Of a stretch of 64,000 bases of DNA, positions 1 through 12,574 are shown piece after piece. Position 1 is the stretch's first letter. Each line of letters begins with the position of its first letter. Made by a program: the position numbers and the translations under genes. This DNA is from Octopus vulgaris. Lineage: Eukaryota. The notes under the pieces were generated by a model that did no database searches, was not told the origin of the DNA, and was given only the letters and a program-made list of their open reading frames with translations. The stretch spans positions 16,058,001 through 16,122,000 of the forward strand of contig OX597836.1 in the NCBI GenBank assembly GCA_951406725.2, written 5' to 3'.

Positions 1-264
1 GAAGTGTTCCTCTCAAGTAGCTGTTGCTAAGAAGAGCCACTTGACTTTTGTAAGAAACTGTGTTGTTAACCATTTTTTGTTGATGTAATAATTCCACTAA
101 TGTTTACTCTTTGGTACCACTTTTGGGGGCTGAAATATCAATGGAGAATAGACACGGACTAAAAATAACCTGAAATGAAATATGTCAAAGACTACATAAG
201 TGATGCTATTTTGTTTTGAAATGAAGTAAGTTTCTGGAAGATTGCTACGGTACCATTTGTTGGT

Positions 265-700
265 TAGTATTGTAATACTGTCGAGATATTGTAGTATAAA
301 GGGATTAGATATAAAGGGAGTTGATACTGCATGTTGTTAGCAATAAAGGGACTCAATATAAAAGCATCGTTCTTTATATTGTTGGGACTTTATAAATAAA
401 GGGGTCCAGTATAAAATGAGTTGATGCTATATACTGTTGATATATTGTCGTATAAAGGAGTTTGAAGAAAGGGTTGGTATTGTATACTGTTAGGAGGATA
501 TTGTAGTATAAAGGGGTTTAATATTTGAAAAGGTTTGCTCTTTAATACTGTTGATAGAATGTTAAGAGCTGGTGCTTTATATTGTCAATATAGTATTAGG
601 AGTTGAGTTAAAAGGGGTTCATATAGTATTAAGGGGTTTGGTATAAAAAAAGGTTGGTTCTTAATACTCTTGATAAAGGGTTAAAGGGTTTTGATATTGC
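265..700. repeat. Degenerate intronic minisatellite
   Basis: Recurrent ATACTGTT(G/A), TATTGTAGTATAAAGG and AAAGGG(G)TT motifs. Confidence 0.55.
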
Positions 701-848
701 TATTTCTCATGTTGTATGTTTGGTTATTTTAACTGAACTCTCTGTGGTGGTGGGCAGGAAAATAAACCATGTGTCTCTTTAAAGTGTTGAAACAATCGTC
801 TCTGTCCAGAGAATGGCGTAGAATACATGTGACTACTTTTATGTTTAG

Positions 849-989
849 CGTAAGAAGGTATCTGACGCATGCAAGAATAGTGAAATGGTGTCCAAAGACC
901 TGGAGGAAAAGATAAATCAAAAATTTGAGAAATATGATCAGAACAGGAGAGCCCAGATGCAATTGTTGCTCGATCGCCTCAGGGAGCAC
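849..989 (+). CDS. stathmin: Stathmin-family internal exon (tubulin-binding repeat), phase 0-0
   Basis: tttag|CGT...CAC|gtgagt, 141 nt. Translates RKKVSDACKNSEMVSKDLEEKINQKFEKYDQNRRAQMQLLLDRLREH, matching the stathmin EEK...NR.AQM...L.RLRE pattern. Confidence 0.85.
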
Positions 990-3751
990 GTGAGTGTCAC
1001 TAGGCCAACCAGCTGTCTTTATTTTATTTTGTTTTTAGTTTAATTGCTTTTTACCCCGATCACTTTTTGTAGTTTTATTTATTTTTTAAATTTTATTTTA
1101 AAATTATTTAAAAAAAAAAAAATTTTCTGTTGGTGCAAATCATTGAGTAATACTGGAATAAAATAAACTTGGAAATTATATTGACCTGTCGAATTAACTG
1201 TGGACCCTTGAAAATCTGGTGCTAAGGGGTGCACTATCTGCTTTAGGGGCTATTTTCTCAAATGGAACTAGCCAGAAGTTGTTCTTCAAATTCTGACATG
1301 GCAACAAACACACTGACTTTTTTATTATTGTATTTCTGTTGAAATACACTGACTTAGTTTCATTTAATTTTGATACTAATGAATTTAGTAAAATAACTGT
1401 CATTATTAATTTGTTGTTTGAAACACAGATCAAACTGACTAAATCTGGCTAAATATTTCAATTGACCTGAAATTTTAGTTGGTGTAGAATGCGGGCAAAG
1501 TTGGTGACATATTTAAAAAAAGCACCTTTTGTGTGAGTGCTTTTGATTTCAGCACTGAAGAACAAGCATCTTACATAATGTTATGATGCTTTCTATGTCT
1601 TCAAAGTTCTCTGTTTTAATGCTGTTAGACTTTATTAGCTTCAAAGGGAAACGTGAGGTAGTTTTCAATAACTACTTCTGGAATTGCCTGATAATTCTCT
1701 GTCTTTCATTTGGAGAAGAATTTATCTTCTGAGATGAAACAAGAGACTTAAATTAATCTTATGGAAAGCCTGAAATACATTGTGTGCTTGCAGGTATTCA
1801 CAGTCGCACAAAACTTTATCTAAATATATATTACAATGTGTGTGTGTGAATCACTATACACACACATATCTGACCAGTTTAAAACTCTGTTTCCTTTCTT
1901 AGAATTGAGCATAGTGTTCAGAACGACTTTCAGTTTAACTGAGCTGCCTTACGAGGGACAGATTCCTTGCCTGGCTTTACTGTAAACAAATTGGATTTGG
2001 CAGTTTATGAGCATGTAAATTTGTTTAAGATGCCTGGTACAAAGTCTGGAACAAGTTTCTCTCAATGTGTTAAACATAGATCTGGAGAGTCAGTTACAAC
2101 CATGAAGCTTCTCTATGCAGCTCTTACTTATTATAAACAATGTTTAAATATACAACAGTGAAATCTAGGGCAAAATGAATGCTTAATTGGGTTCTCTCTT
2201 AATGTCATGTTTAATAACAGTTTCTTGGTCATTGTAAACTGAGAATCTGGGTTAATTAAAATAAACTGGTCATTATTATACAAGGCCTATCTACCAATTC
2301 AGTGCAAACGAAAATTGGTATTTTCCAGTATTTACTTAAGAAAATATTTTTGCTTCAAATTTCTTTTTATTTGATTTTTGTATTTTTTGTGCACATGCAT
2401 GTTCCATTGCCAAAGTTTATTTAATGCTGCTGTTGGTGAAAAGTCTCCTAACGACATTTCCATTGCCCCCCTATATTCTAATAACGAATCTCAGCAGTAA
2501 TTATCATGACTATTGTCAACCACCAATTCACGGATCTAAAAGAATGCCATCCCCTTCTCAAACATTTTTACCAACGTTACAAAAACAGCAGCAGCAGCAT
2601 GGTTTACCGAAATAAACTTCTGGTTCTTCCCACTCCCCCCTCCTTAAAAGTTCATGTTCATTCTTTAGCAATTCTGATTGGTTTGTAATTCCTCAGATCC
2701 TCTGTTTTTTTCCCCACCTCCACTGTTTTTCTGCTAGTCTTGCATCACCAAAGTACCTTCTTTAATTATACCATCGTTGAAAAACTTTTTTTATTTCCCA
2801 ACCCCCCCCCCTCACAGCACCAAGTTTCTCCGGCTTTTTTGTTTTGACCAAACAAAATCTCTGCTAGTCTTAGGAATGTCTATATATATATATTTTTTTT
2901 TTTTTGTATAATTCTTCAGTTACTCAACTCTATTATATATATTTTTTTTCATTTAATTGGCTTCAGTTTTTTTTTTCCTTCCCTTCCTCAGACTGTTCAG
3001 TAATTATCTGATAGACAGATTTAAGGGTTTATCTGAGATAACCCTTACAATCTGAATGTCTATGCCTTCAGATTTTGAATACCCATTAGACTAATTGGTC
3101 TGTTAATATTTTATTCCACAGCACCCTTGTATTATTATTATTATAATTATTATTATTATAATTATTATTATTATTATTATTTTCGTTGTTGTTGTCATTA
3201 GATATATTGTTCAATGCTACGCATTGAGCAATTAGTTGCTTCTTCTTAGATATCGCTTGTCACTTCGCAGCTGCGGAGTTCATAACTCTTGCAGCCTTCC
3301 CTGCTTATCTGTCACAATTAGCCATTTCTTGAATTTCCTTTGCATCTTGTTAAGCATGGTCCGTTCTAAATCCGACCACGGCATTTCCATAATTTTACGT
3401 GGTTTCCTTGTAAACTATATTTCAAAAATTTTCACAATATTCTTTTAAACAGTCAAACTTTAAAGCTAATGGTGACTTCTTTCCTTTTTTATATTTTTTT
3501 TTTTGTCATAATTTAACTCTCTTTAAATTCCTTAATTAATTTAGACTTAATCATTTTCGATTCTTTGATCTTTCTTAAACATCTAATCTTCCAACATTTG
3601 AACATGAACTTTTATATATGTGTGCATGCCCCATTTTGCTTCATCACTTGTATATATAAAAAAAAATTAGTGAAAAATGAGCCATTTGTAGACAATCTGT
3701 GTATGTATGTATGTATGTATGAATATATACATGTGCGTGCGTGTATGTATG

Positions 3752-3793
<42 letters not shown>

Positions 3794-3795
<2 letters not shown>

Positions 3796-3834
3796 CTGAA
3801 CAATCACAATTAATACAAATTATCAACACACAAA

Positions 3835-3874
<40 letters not shown>

Positions 3875-3915
3875 TTTGTGTGTTGATAATTTGTATCAAC
3901 TGTGATTGTTCAGCT
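3794..3915. repeat. Inverted repeat centred on (TA)n
   Basis: 3794-3838 is the reverse complement of 3871-3915 with 2 mismatches. Confidence 0.95.
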
Positions 3916-4056
3916 GTTGCTTGTTGTGACTGTTGGTGCTGTAAGTTACCGTTTTTAGGCGGCAGATCTTCTGCAAATGGCTTGTTGATCTCTGATTGTG
4001 TTTGTTTGGTTGGCTGTCTTGTTATAACTAGTTGATCTGGGCTCTGTTCTCAACAG

Positions 4057-4209
4057 GACAAACATATTAAGGAGGTAAACAATGCTTGTGAGACAATGTA
4101 CAAAACTTCTGGGGAGAAGATCGGTGAAAAGGTTTTCCAGAAAATGGATTCAGCTATCAAGAACAGAGAGGGAGTGATTAAAGCTATTCAGGACCGTCTT
4201 CAGGAACAT
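4057..4209 (+). CDS. stathmin: Stathmin-family internal exon (51-aa repeat), phase 0-0
   Basis: caacag|GAC...CAT|gtaaga, 153 nt. Translates DKHIKEVNNACETMYKTSGEKIGEKVFQKMDSAIKNREGVIKAIQDRLQEH; 51 aa is the stathmin repeat spacing. Confidence 0.9.
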
Positions 4210-4310
4210 GTAAGAACGCATGTGGACGATATTTTCATCCTTTTATTCTTATTCATAAGAAGAGTTCATCGTATCATTCATTGTCATTTTATATTTATCG
4301 TTATTGATTA

Positions 4311-4352
<42 letters not shown>

Positions 4353-5029
4353 TTATTATTATATTCATTATTTACTACGTTTATCTATCCTACATGTTTT
4401 GGTTTCCTAGTTAGAAAGCATGTTTCTTGTGCTCCGAATAATGCTCCATCAGTCACAAACACCCCCATTTACAATTACTGCCCCTTCACCCCTGTTTTTT
4501 TTTTGGTGGGGTGGGGATTCAATATCAGCAATGGGTAATATAATTGAGTTCTCTCTTAGACGAATACAGGTAAGGGACGTATGGCCCCTTTAATAGCTGA
4601 GCCAGAGACAGGTTTCTAAATAGTTTATTGGGTTCTGGGTATTTTTACAGCCCCCTGCTTCAATATGTAAATAGTCACATGGGAGGGTGCATGGCAGTGT
4701 ACAATTTGTGCCTTTAATGCAGTTCTTTTGAATAGTTAACGTTAGCAGGGTATCTAGTGTTATCACCCTTAATACACATTCAGTTTCCAATGGGATTGGC
4801 TCAGTACTTTGGAAACATATTTGTTAAATTCCAGGGATTTAGTTCTAGAAACAGTGTTTTGTGGTTGGAATCTTTTTTTCATTATTTTTCTTTCTTTAAA
4901 TCAGTTTTGGGTTGTTAAAGATTTTAGGGTCTTGACTGATGTTAGAAATTATTGCGAGCTCACGAAACGCAGCTCACGGATTAGTTAACCGCCCTTCTAA
5001 CGAGTGTTTTTTTTGTGTTTCTTTTTCAG

Positions 5030-5116
5030 GAAAAACGTATTGAAGAGGTGCGTAAAAACAAGTTGTCTGTCCATGAAGATGATGATAGCTACGAGTGTGT
5101 GGTTGACAACAGTTAA
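5030..5116 (+). CDS. stathmin: Stathmin terminal coding exon
   Basis: ttttcag|GAA. Translates EKRIEEVRKNKLSVHEDDDSYECVVDNS*; IEEVRKNK is the conserved stathmin C-terminal motif. Confidence 0.9.
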   Translation, partial: EKRIEEVRKNKLSVHEDDDSYECVVDNS

Positions 5117-5346
5117 TGTTGCTGGCATCCAAGCCACATGGCCGCAAGTGCTGTCTTCATTTGTGTTTGTGTCAAAATTTGCCTACTGGTGAAAAAAAAA
5201 CATCATCCACTGTTGCTTTCTTCCTGTCCTAGGTTTCAGAAATGGCGCGTTAAGCATCTCTGCCATACAGAGTGATTGGCACAAAAAAAATATTGCTTTT
5301 GATCTGGAAATTTTTTTTTTTTTAAATTCTCTCACTCGCTCTCTCT

Positions 5347-5383
<37 letters not shown>

Positions 5384-7470
5384 ACCCCCCCTCTTTTTTT
5401 TTTTTTTTTGGTTAAGAATTTCTGGTTAATTTACATGCTTAAGTCTTTTTGCTCGACATAATGTGTCTTCGTTTCTTCCTATTTACGTTTTTTTGATTTT
5501 GTTTTTCCTCTCTGCCGCCTCTTAACCTGCGAGAGAGAAAAACCCAAGAAAGAAACAAAAAAGAAATGAAAGAGACGAGACGAAAAAATGGGATACATTT
5601 GTTGAAAAAGTTCTTGGCATTTTTAAAACAAAACCAGACCCCCACCTTTTTCTTTCTTTCCCCCCGAAAAATGTAAAAAAAATTTTTCCTCCCCATCCCC
5701 CGCCCCACTCCCCTGGAAAATATTTTTCTTTAAAGAATTTTTCTGTATTCTTACTGAGCCAGTACTATTGAATAAACGGGCTGTCCAACTGAACTAGAAC
5801 CAATGACCAGAAATCTTTCAAACTTCCTTCATATATCAAAACTAAACCATCACAAAAAAAAAAAAAAAAAAAAAAAAGCCATGCACCCCCCGTCTTCTTG
5901 TTCTTCTTGTCGTTCTTCAAGATTGGCTTCTCCCGCCAGCCAGCTTTTCAATTCAACGTGCATTGGCTTTTTTTTTTTCTATTTTTATTTTCATTTTTAT
6001 TTTTTATTTTTTAAATGATGCTTGTCCGACTTTTTTTTTGGAAACAACCAATATTATCAAAGAAAATTCCACTAATGTACTAATAAAGAAATAATGATAA
6101 TACTACTACTACTACTACTACTAACTAATAATAATAATAATAATAATAACAATTATATTGATGAAGGGCAGAAAGCGGTTCTTGAGAGTATCTGTGTATG
6201 TTGATGCAGTTTTTTTCATCTGCAAGCGCCATCTACTGGCCATTTCATATCTCATTGCCTGTCATTTGATTTCTTCACATCCTTTTTTTATTTTTTTAAT
6301 TTTGGCTCCTCTTCCTCCCTCTTTCCTCTTCTTCCTCCTCTCTCTCTCTCTTTCCTTTCCTCGTTTCCCCTTCTCCCCCCCCATTGTAAAACGGACACTT
6401 AGAACTCAACTCACAGAGAATGAGCCTTCACGCCCCCCCCCCGTCTGTTTTGTCTGGTGGAGTCTAAATCTAGTAAATCCTACCTGACCCACCACTCCCT
6501 AATGTCTGTAGTTAGGTTGCTTATACAAATTTTTACATTCCGACAATATTGGTCCCCTTTTTGCTCCTCGCCTCCTTACCACCCACCCACTCGTCTGGCT
6601 GTGTGTGCAGGGGCTTCTGTTTACAGAGGGTATATGTGTGCGTGTCCCCGTAATAGTTTGTGGGTGGCTTGCTTGGTTGCATTGACCGTAAGCTACAATA
6701 GACTAAGGGTGAATAATGACTGATGTAATTTGCTTGATGAGTGTTGGAATGTGTCTGTGCGTTGGTGGTTTGAATCATTGTGTCTAGATGTCTGCCTTAG
6801 CGTAGGGCCCCAACTACTACTACTACTACTACTACTATATATATATATATATAGATATATATCTAACATGTACATACACGCATACACACACACTCTGCCC
6901 AAAACCTTGCTGTAGGGTCTTAGTTTCTTCTCACACTCTGCTGTCCACCTCTCTGCTCTTTGTCCACACTTTGACACACTGCTATCACCACCACCACCAC
7001 TTCTACTAATACTACTACTACTACAACCTGAGATATAACACTTAAATTTCTCTTAATCTCTCTCTCTTAATCTCTCCTTTCTCTCCTCTCCTCTCTCCTC
7101 AGCTGGTCTGTCCACTACTAACTTGACCAGAACAACTTTGTTGCATTGGCTTTGAAATCTTTAGTTAATCTGTGTACTTAACTGCTTGATGTATGTTCCA
7201 ACTGGACGCTACATGTCCTACATGTCGGTGGAGTGCTTTTGGTCAGCTTTTTTCAAGTGAAATTTCATGAACTTCAAAAATGTATTCAGTGGAAACTTTG
7301 TCCAAATATGGAAATATTTTTTCTCTCTCTCTCTCTCTAACTAACTCTCTTTCTCTTACTCTCCTTCTTTCTGTCTCTCTCTCTCTCTCAATTTTGACTT
7401 TATTTTTATTTTTTTATTTTTTATTTTTTTTTTTTTGAAAATGTATAATAAAAGAAATCTGTTGGAGTCT
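5117..7470 (+). other. Probable long stathmin 3'UTR with alternative polyA signals
   Basis: Transposon-free, U-rich stretch after the stop; AATAAA at 5771, 6082 and 7447; SINEs resume after about 7.9 kb. Confidence 0.6.
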
Positions 7471-8251
7471 GTTGCCGTTGATGACTTGTATGACTGACGA
7501 GGTTGCTCGTCATATTCTATTGCATTCTTGAAAAATTTCCAATGCTTGCAGGGTTCTTGTGCTAGGGTCCAGTACTGGTTGTGTTGTGGGAAAGGATGGG
7601 TGGGGGGATGCTCCTTCATTCATAAACCTCCCTGTCACCCTTCCTTCTCTCTCGTTAGTAGCAGTAAGTAGTTTATATTACATTCTTTCCCATTGTGTGA
7701 TCTCAGTGGGTAAGGTCCTCCTTGGATTGTCTGACCACTATTCAGATAACATAGTACGGCTTCATGGTTCAGAAGTTTGCTTCACAGTTGTCATGTGGTT
7801 CCAGGTTCAATCACCCTGTGCAACTTTTTACCTTTTGCCCCAAGTTGGCCAGTTCCATATAATTTGTGGTCAACAGAAACTTTGCAAAAGCCCGGCCATG
7901 CTGGGGCATACATAAATATATCTTTCACTAAGAAAACTGATAAGTTTTCTTTTGTTTTTTACTCGCGCACGGCTGTGTTAAGAAGCTTTGCATCCATGTA
8001 GCTTTGAGTTCGGTCCATTTACATAGCACCATAGGCCTAGACTGACCAACCAATTCCTTGCGAGTGAATTTGATAGATTGAAGCTCATCCTATATGTATA
8101 TATATTTGTGTGTGTGGTGCCCCAGCATGGCTTCTGTCTAATTACTGTAAAGGATATATAGTGTGTGGAATGGGGTGGATGCTTCTGTCCCCCTACTGCT
8201 TGACAACTGCTGCTTATGTCTCTGTGACTTAGTAGTTCAGCAAAAGATACC

Positions 8252-8485
8252 TATTTCTTTACTACCCACAGGGGGCTAAACACAGAGAGGACAAACAGGG
8301 ACAGACAAACGAATTAAATCGATTACATCGACCCCAGTGCGTAACTGGTACTTATTTAATCGACCCCGAAAGGATGAAAGGCAAAGTCGACCTCGACGGA
8401 ATTTGAACTCAGAATGTAACGGCAGACGAAATAAGGCTATGCATTTCGCCTGGTGTGCTAACGTTTCTGCCAGCTCGCCACCTTA
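8252..8485 (-). mobile_element. SINE-A (tRNA-derived), full copy nested in a decayed SINE-B
   Basis: A-box-like TGGCAGAAACG, B-box GTTCAAATTC, central GCCTTTCATCCTTTCGGGGTCGAT domain; TSD AGCAAAAGATACC at 8239-8251 and 8486-8498. Confidence 0.9.
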
Positions 8486-9128
8486 AGCAAAAGATACCAG
8501 TGGAATAAGCACTAGACCTTAAGAAGAATAAATGCTGGGGTTGAATTGTTCAGTTAAACCACCTCCAAGATGGTGGTTGTATTATGTGGGTCACTAATTT
8601 TAAGAAGTTGGCTGTGTGGTCTTAAGCTTTTGGGCCAGTGGATTGGGAACCATGTGGTTGGTAAGCAAGCTACTTACCACACAGCCACTCCTGCACTGAT
8701 GATTTATTGGCAGGTGTGGCCAGCAGCAACGCAGCTCGGGGCATTGTGACTTTCATATATAAGTAAAAGCACATGTTCAGCATTTTGTTTTCTTGCTTTG
8801 TCTTCCAGATCTGCTCACAAGGCTTTTGTGGGCCTGAACCCGAAACCATGTGGTTGGGAAGCAAACTTGTTCACCACACAGCCACCTTATTGGTGTGCAG
8901 CCTGTATGTGGTTGCTCAAATTGCTGAACATAAAAGTCAAATCTCAACCTATTGTCCTGAAATTGAATGAATATATTGGATAAGTAATTCTTGATATAAA
9001 ATCCATGAGAAAAAGACAAAACATGACCGGAATGCTTTTCCTCTTTCATTTAATGGTTTTAATCATAACCTTTAAGGGATTTTAGTTCATTGTATTACCT
9101 GTATCAATTTCTATTTATTGAATTACTA

Positions 9129-9284
9129 CACTCTCGGAGTGGTTGGCGTTAGGAAGGGCATCCAGCTGTAGAAACACTGCCAGATCTGACTGTCCTGGTG
9201 CAGCCTTCGGGCTCCCCAGACCCCAGTTGAACCATCCAACCCATGCTAGCATGGAAAGCGGACGTTAAACGATGATGATGATGA
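9129..9284 (+). mobile_element. 5'-truncated RTE-type retroposon 3' end
   Basis: GGCGTTAGGAAGGGCATCC...CCCATGCTAGCATGG, (GAT)n tail, TSD TGAATTACTA. Decayed relatives near 10570 and 15610. Confidence 0.7.
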
Positions 9285-9764
9285 TGAATTACTAAATTAT
9301 ATCAAAGTATGCAACACTATTATCAAGTCAGAGAGGGTATGATGCTCATGTCCCTTGGAAAGAGGCAGAGATGTGGATTCTGTGACCCTAACCCTGGTTC
9401 AAATGCTTACAGACTTTGTGCTTAAGTGACCCAAGGTAACAGGTTGTGGTGTTGAACCAGAAAGTGGATTAGTCTACCATCTAAGGCCATGGTGCTCCAG
9501 CATGACCACAGTCAATTGACTGAAACTAGTAAAAGGATAAAAGAATATGCATGTAAGATGGATTTGTTTAACGATGTCTAATGAGAAAGGGTTTCTCCCA
9601 ATGTGTCGTGTGGTGATATTCACCGGCGTGGAGCATGCTTGTCTGATTAACAAGCTTTGCTTTCCCTGGTTGTAGTCTCTGCTCCAGTCTCACTGTCACA
9701 CCTTTGGTAATTGGATTTGGTGGAGAGAAATGGAAAGAAGCCAATGGTGTTTGTATAATGTCTG

Positions 9765-10290
9765 TCATTTGACTGGCCATGCTGGAGCACCACCTTAAAG
9801 GGTTTTAGTCAAAGAAATCGACCCCAGGACTTATTCTTTGTAAGCCTTTGTAGTACTTATTCTTTTGGTCTCGTTTGCTGAACCACTAAATTCTGGGGGC
9901 ATAAACACATCAGCATCAGTTATGCAGGGGGTGGGGGGATGGACACAAATTTGTGTATATATACATCAGTGCTTTTCAAACTTTTTGCTGGAGCGGAACC
10001 CCAAGGAAACATTCCACTGGCTCGAGGAACCCCCTGTGCAATAATTTAATAGTCTTATGCACACATATCTACAAAGGAGAATTAAAAATTACTGCCGATT
10101 TTAGCAGTTTTGTAACTTCTTGTGGAACCCTGGTTGAAAACCACTGATGTACATACTGCAGGCTTCTTTCAGTTTCTTACCAAATGCACTCAAAAGGCTT
10201 TGGTTGGCCTGAGACTATAGTAGAAGGTACCATGCAGTGGGACTGAACCCAGAACTATGTGACTGGGAAGCAGACTTACTAGACAGCCAT
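9765..10290 (-). mobile_element. SINE-B copy interrupted by a hAT MITE
   Basis: Homologous to 27994-28420. Confidence 0.8.
9967..10146. mobile_element. hAT/Charlie-like MITE
   Basis: TIR CAGTG(C/G)TTTTCAA; 8-bp TSD ATATACAT/ATGTACAT. Confidence 0.85.
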
Positions 10291-10762
10291 GCATGTGTCG
10301 GTGTCAAAAAAAAAAAAATGCCCAATACACATGGTAAGATGGTTGGTATTAGAAAGGGTGTTGAACCCAAGAAAACAGCATAGTTAGAACTGGTGCTTGA
10401 TGCAGCCTGGGAACCAGGCATTAAATGTTAATGTTTGTGTGCACCCTTATGTTATTGTGATAGTTGTGTCACCAAGTGAGCAATATTCCTTTCTAGTCTT
10501 CTGCAAAAAGTTTGTCCAACCATGGGGGGGGGGGGGGGCAGGAATTTATTTTCCTTCTAACAAGTGAGGTTTGTTAATAGGAAGGGCATCTATCCATTGA
10601 ATGAACACCCCACCCCCTCAACAATTTCTGGCTGAAACCCTGCAAGCATAGAAAAGGGGACATTAAATGATGATTTTTATATGATTAGCTCGGCTTCTTC
10701 CTGCTTCAATTTCTAATGGATTTCAGATGAGACAGCAGGGGACAAGGGCTGACTTAATTCAA

Positions 10763-11315
10763 CCCTTTAGCATTCAGATTATTTTGTCAATGCTCAAACA
10801 GGACAGATCTAGTCTCTCACACCCACCCTACAATGTCATTCTAAATAATAAATGATCACATCAAAATCTGAAAGCTACAAGGTTATGTACGATTAAAAGA
10901 GCATTGCAGTTGGCAAAGTAATCCGAATGCTAAAGGGTTAACTTAACCCTTTAGTATTTAAACTGGCCATATCCGGCCAAAATAGTTAATCTGCTTTATG
11001 TTCAAACTGACCAGATCCAGGCTCTCACACCTGCCCTACAATGTTATTCCACATTAAGTAATTACACCATAAAGATCTTGAAGATATGAGATAATGCATG
11101 ATTAATTCAAATCAATGGGAATCAATAGGCATTATGTTTGATTGAATAATATGAACACTAAAGGGTTAATCATGCATTATCTCAGGTTTGAAGTTTAGGC
11201 TATGTGATTGTATACTTTTAGAATGACATTGTAGAACAGGCGTGAGAATCTAGATCTGGTGAGTTTGAACAAAACAATATCTGAGCTGGATGTGGCCAGC
11301 TTAAATGTTAAAGGG
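10763..11315. mobile_element. Cluster of three piggyBac-like MITEs
   Basis: TTAA|CCCTTTAG...CTAAAGGG|TTAA ends at 10763-10937 and 10947-11165, plus an inverted partial copy at 11170-11315. Confidence 0.8.
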
Positions 11316-11407
11316 TTAAATCAACCTGAGTTTCCCTCTTCCACATGTTCCATCCACTTTGAACAACACATCTTTATAGAGCTGTTGGCATCCATCTACA
11401 CATAGAT

Positions 11408-11442
<35 letters not shown>

Positions 11443-12352
11443 CTACGGGCTTATTTCACTTTGTCTACCAAATCTACTTGAGGCTAAGTTATAGGGATGC
11501 TTGCCAATGGTTCCATGCAGTAGGACTGCCCAGAACCATGTGGTTGGAAAGAGAGCTTTTTAGCTCACACCTGTCATTTTTACATGGAGGAGATAATATT
11601 AATGCAGATATTCGACAGGTGCCCTTCTTCACCTGTTTACGAATAAGGTAATATTTCTTCATGGTCCAAACATGTTTTGTGAGAAAACTGAAAACAAAAG
11701 ACACCGCTTGTAAGACAGTGACACTCATTTACAACTATCATGCAATGTTAAAACAAGCAGACACCTTATATGCACATAGCTAATCTACAACAGGCTTTGA
11801 GCTTCTACCCACCAGATCCACTCATAAGACAGTTGCTCAAGAATCCACTCAACAGGGCTAAACTTGAAAGCATGTCGTTAGGAAATGAACTTCCCATACA
11901 GCCAGGCCTGCTCTTAAAATGGAATTCATAAGATGCACCGAGATGAGAAATGGAAAAAGGTATTAGGTTCACATCTGGCTTCCTGTATGTGTGTATATGG
12001 TAAACATTTTGATGTAGTCTACCCTGTCTTCTAATGACTAGGCATTATATTCATTTGTAATATAGCAATAGTAGGGGTATATGGCCTAGTGGTTAAGGTG
12101 TTGTACTCATGATTACAAGATCATAGTTTCAGTTCCTGGACTGGGCAGTATGTTTTTCAGCAAAATAATCTCCTATTTCTGTGATCACTTCAACACCTGA
12201 CGTCTGGTACACCAAGCATCTGTACAGGCAACATTGATTTGAAGAAAGGAGTAAATTAATAATGTACAAAATTGATCTCTAATCAAATTATATATGCAAG
12301 CTGTTCAGTAAGAGTCCAGAACCACAACAGGATTGGTCAATGTCAGATATAT

Positions 12353-12574
12353 GTTTCTTTATTGCCCACTAGGGGCTAAACATAGAGGGGACAGACAAAG
12401 GGATTACGTCAATTACATCGACCCCAGTGCGTAACTGATACTTTATTTATTGACCCCGAAAGGATGAAGGGCAAAGTCAGCCTTGGCAGAATTTGAACTC
12501 AGAATGTAGCGGCTGATGAAATACTGCTAAGCTTTTCGCCCAGCGTGCTAACGTTTATGTCAGCTCGCCGCCTT
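12353..12574 (-). mobile_element. SINE-A
   Basis: Homology to 8252-8485; TSD TCAATGT(C/T)AGATAT. Confidence 0.9.

Noticed and set aside
1-49. Possible upstream stathmin exon (KCSSQVAVAKKSHLTF|gtaaga)
   Set aside because: Open frame and plausible donor, but no stathmin similarity and truncated by the window edge.
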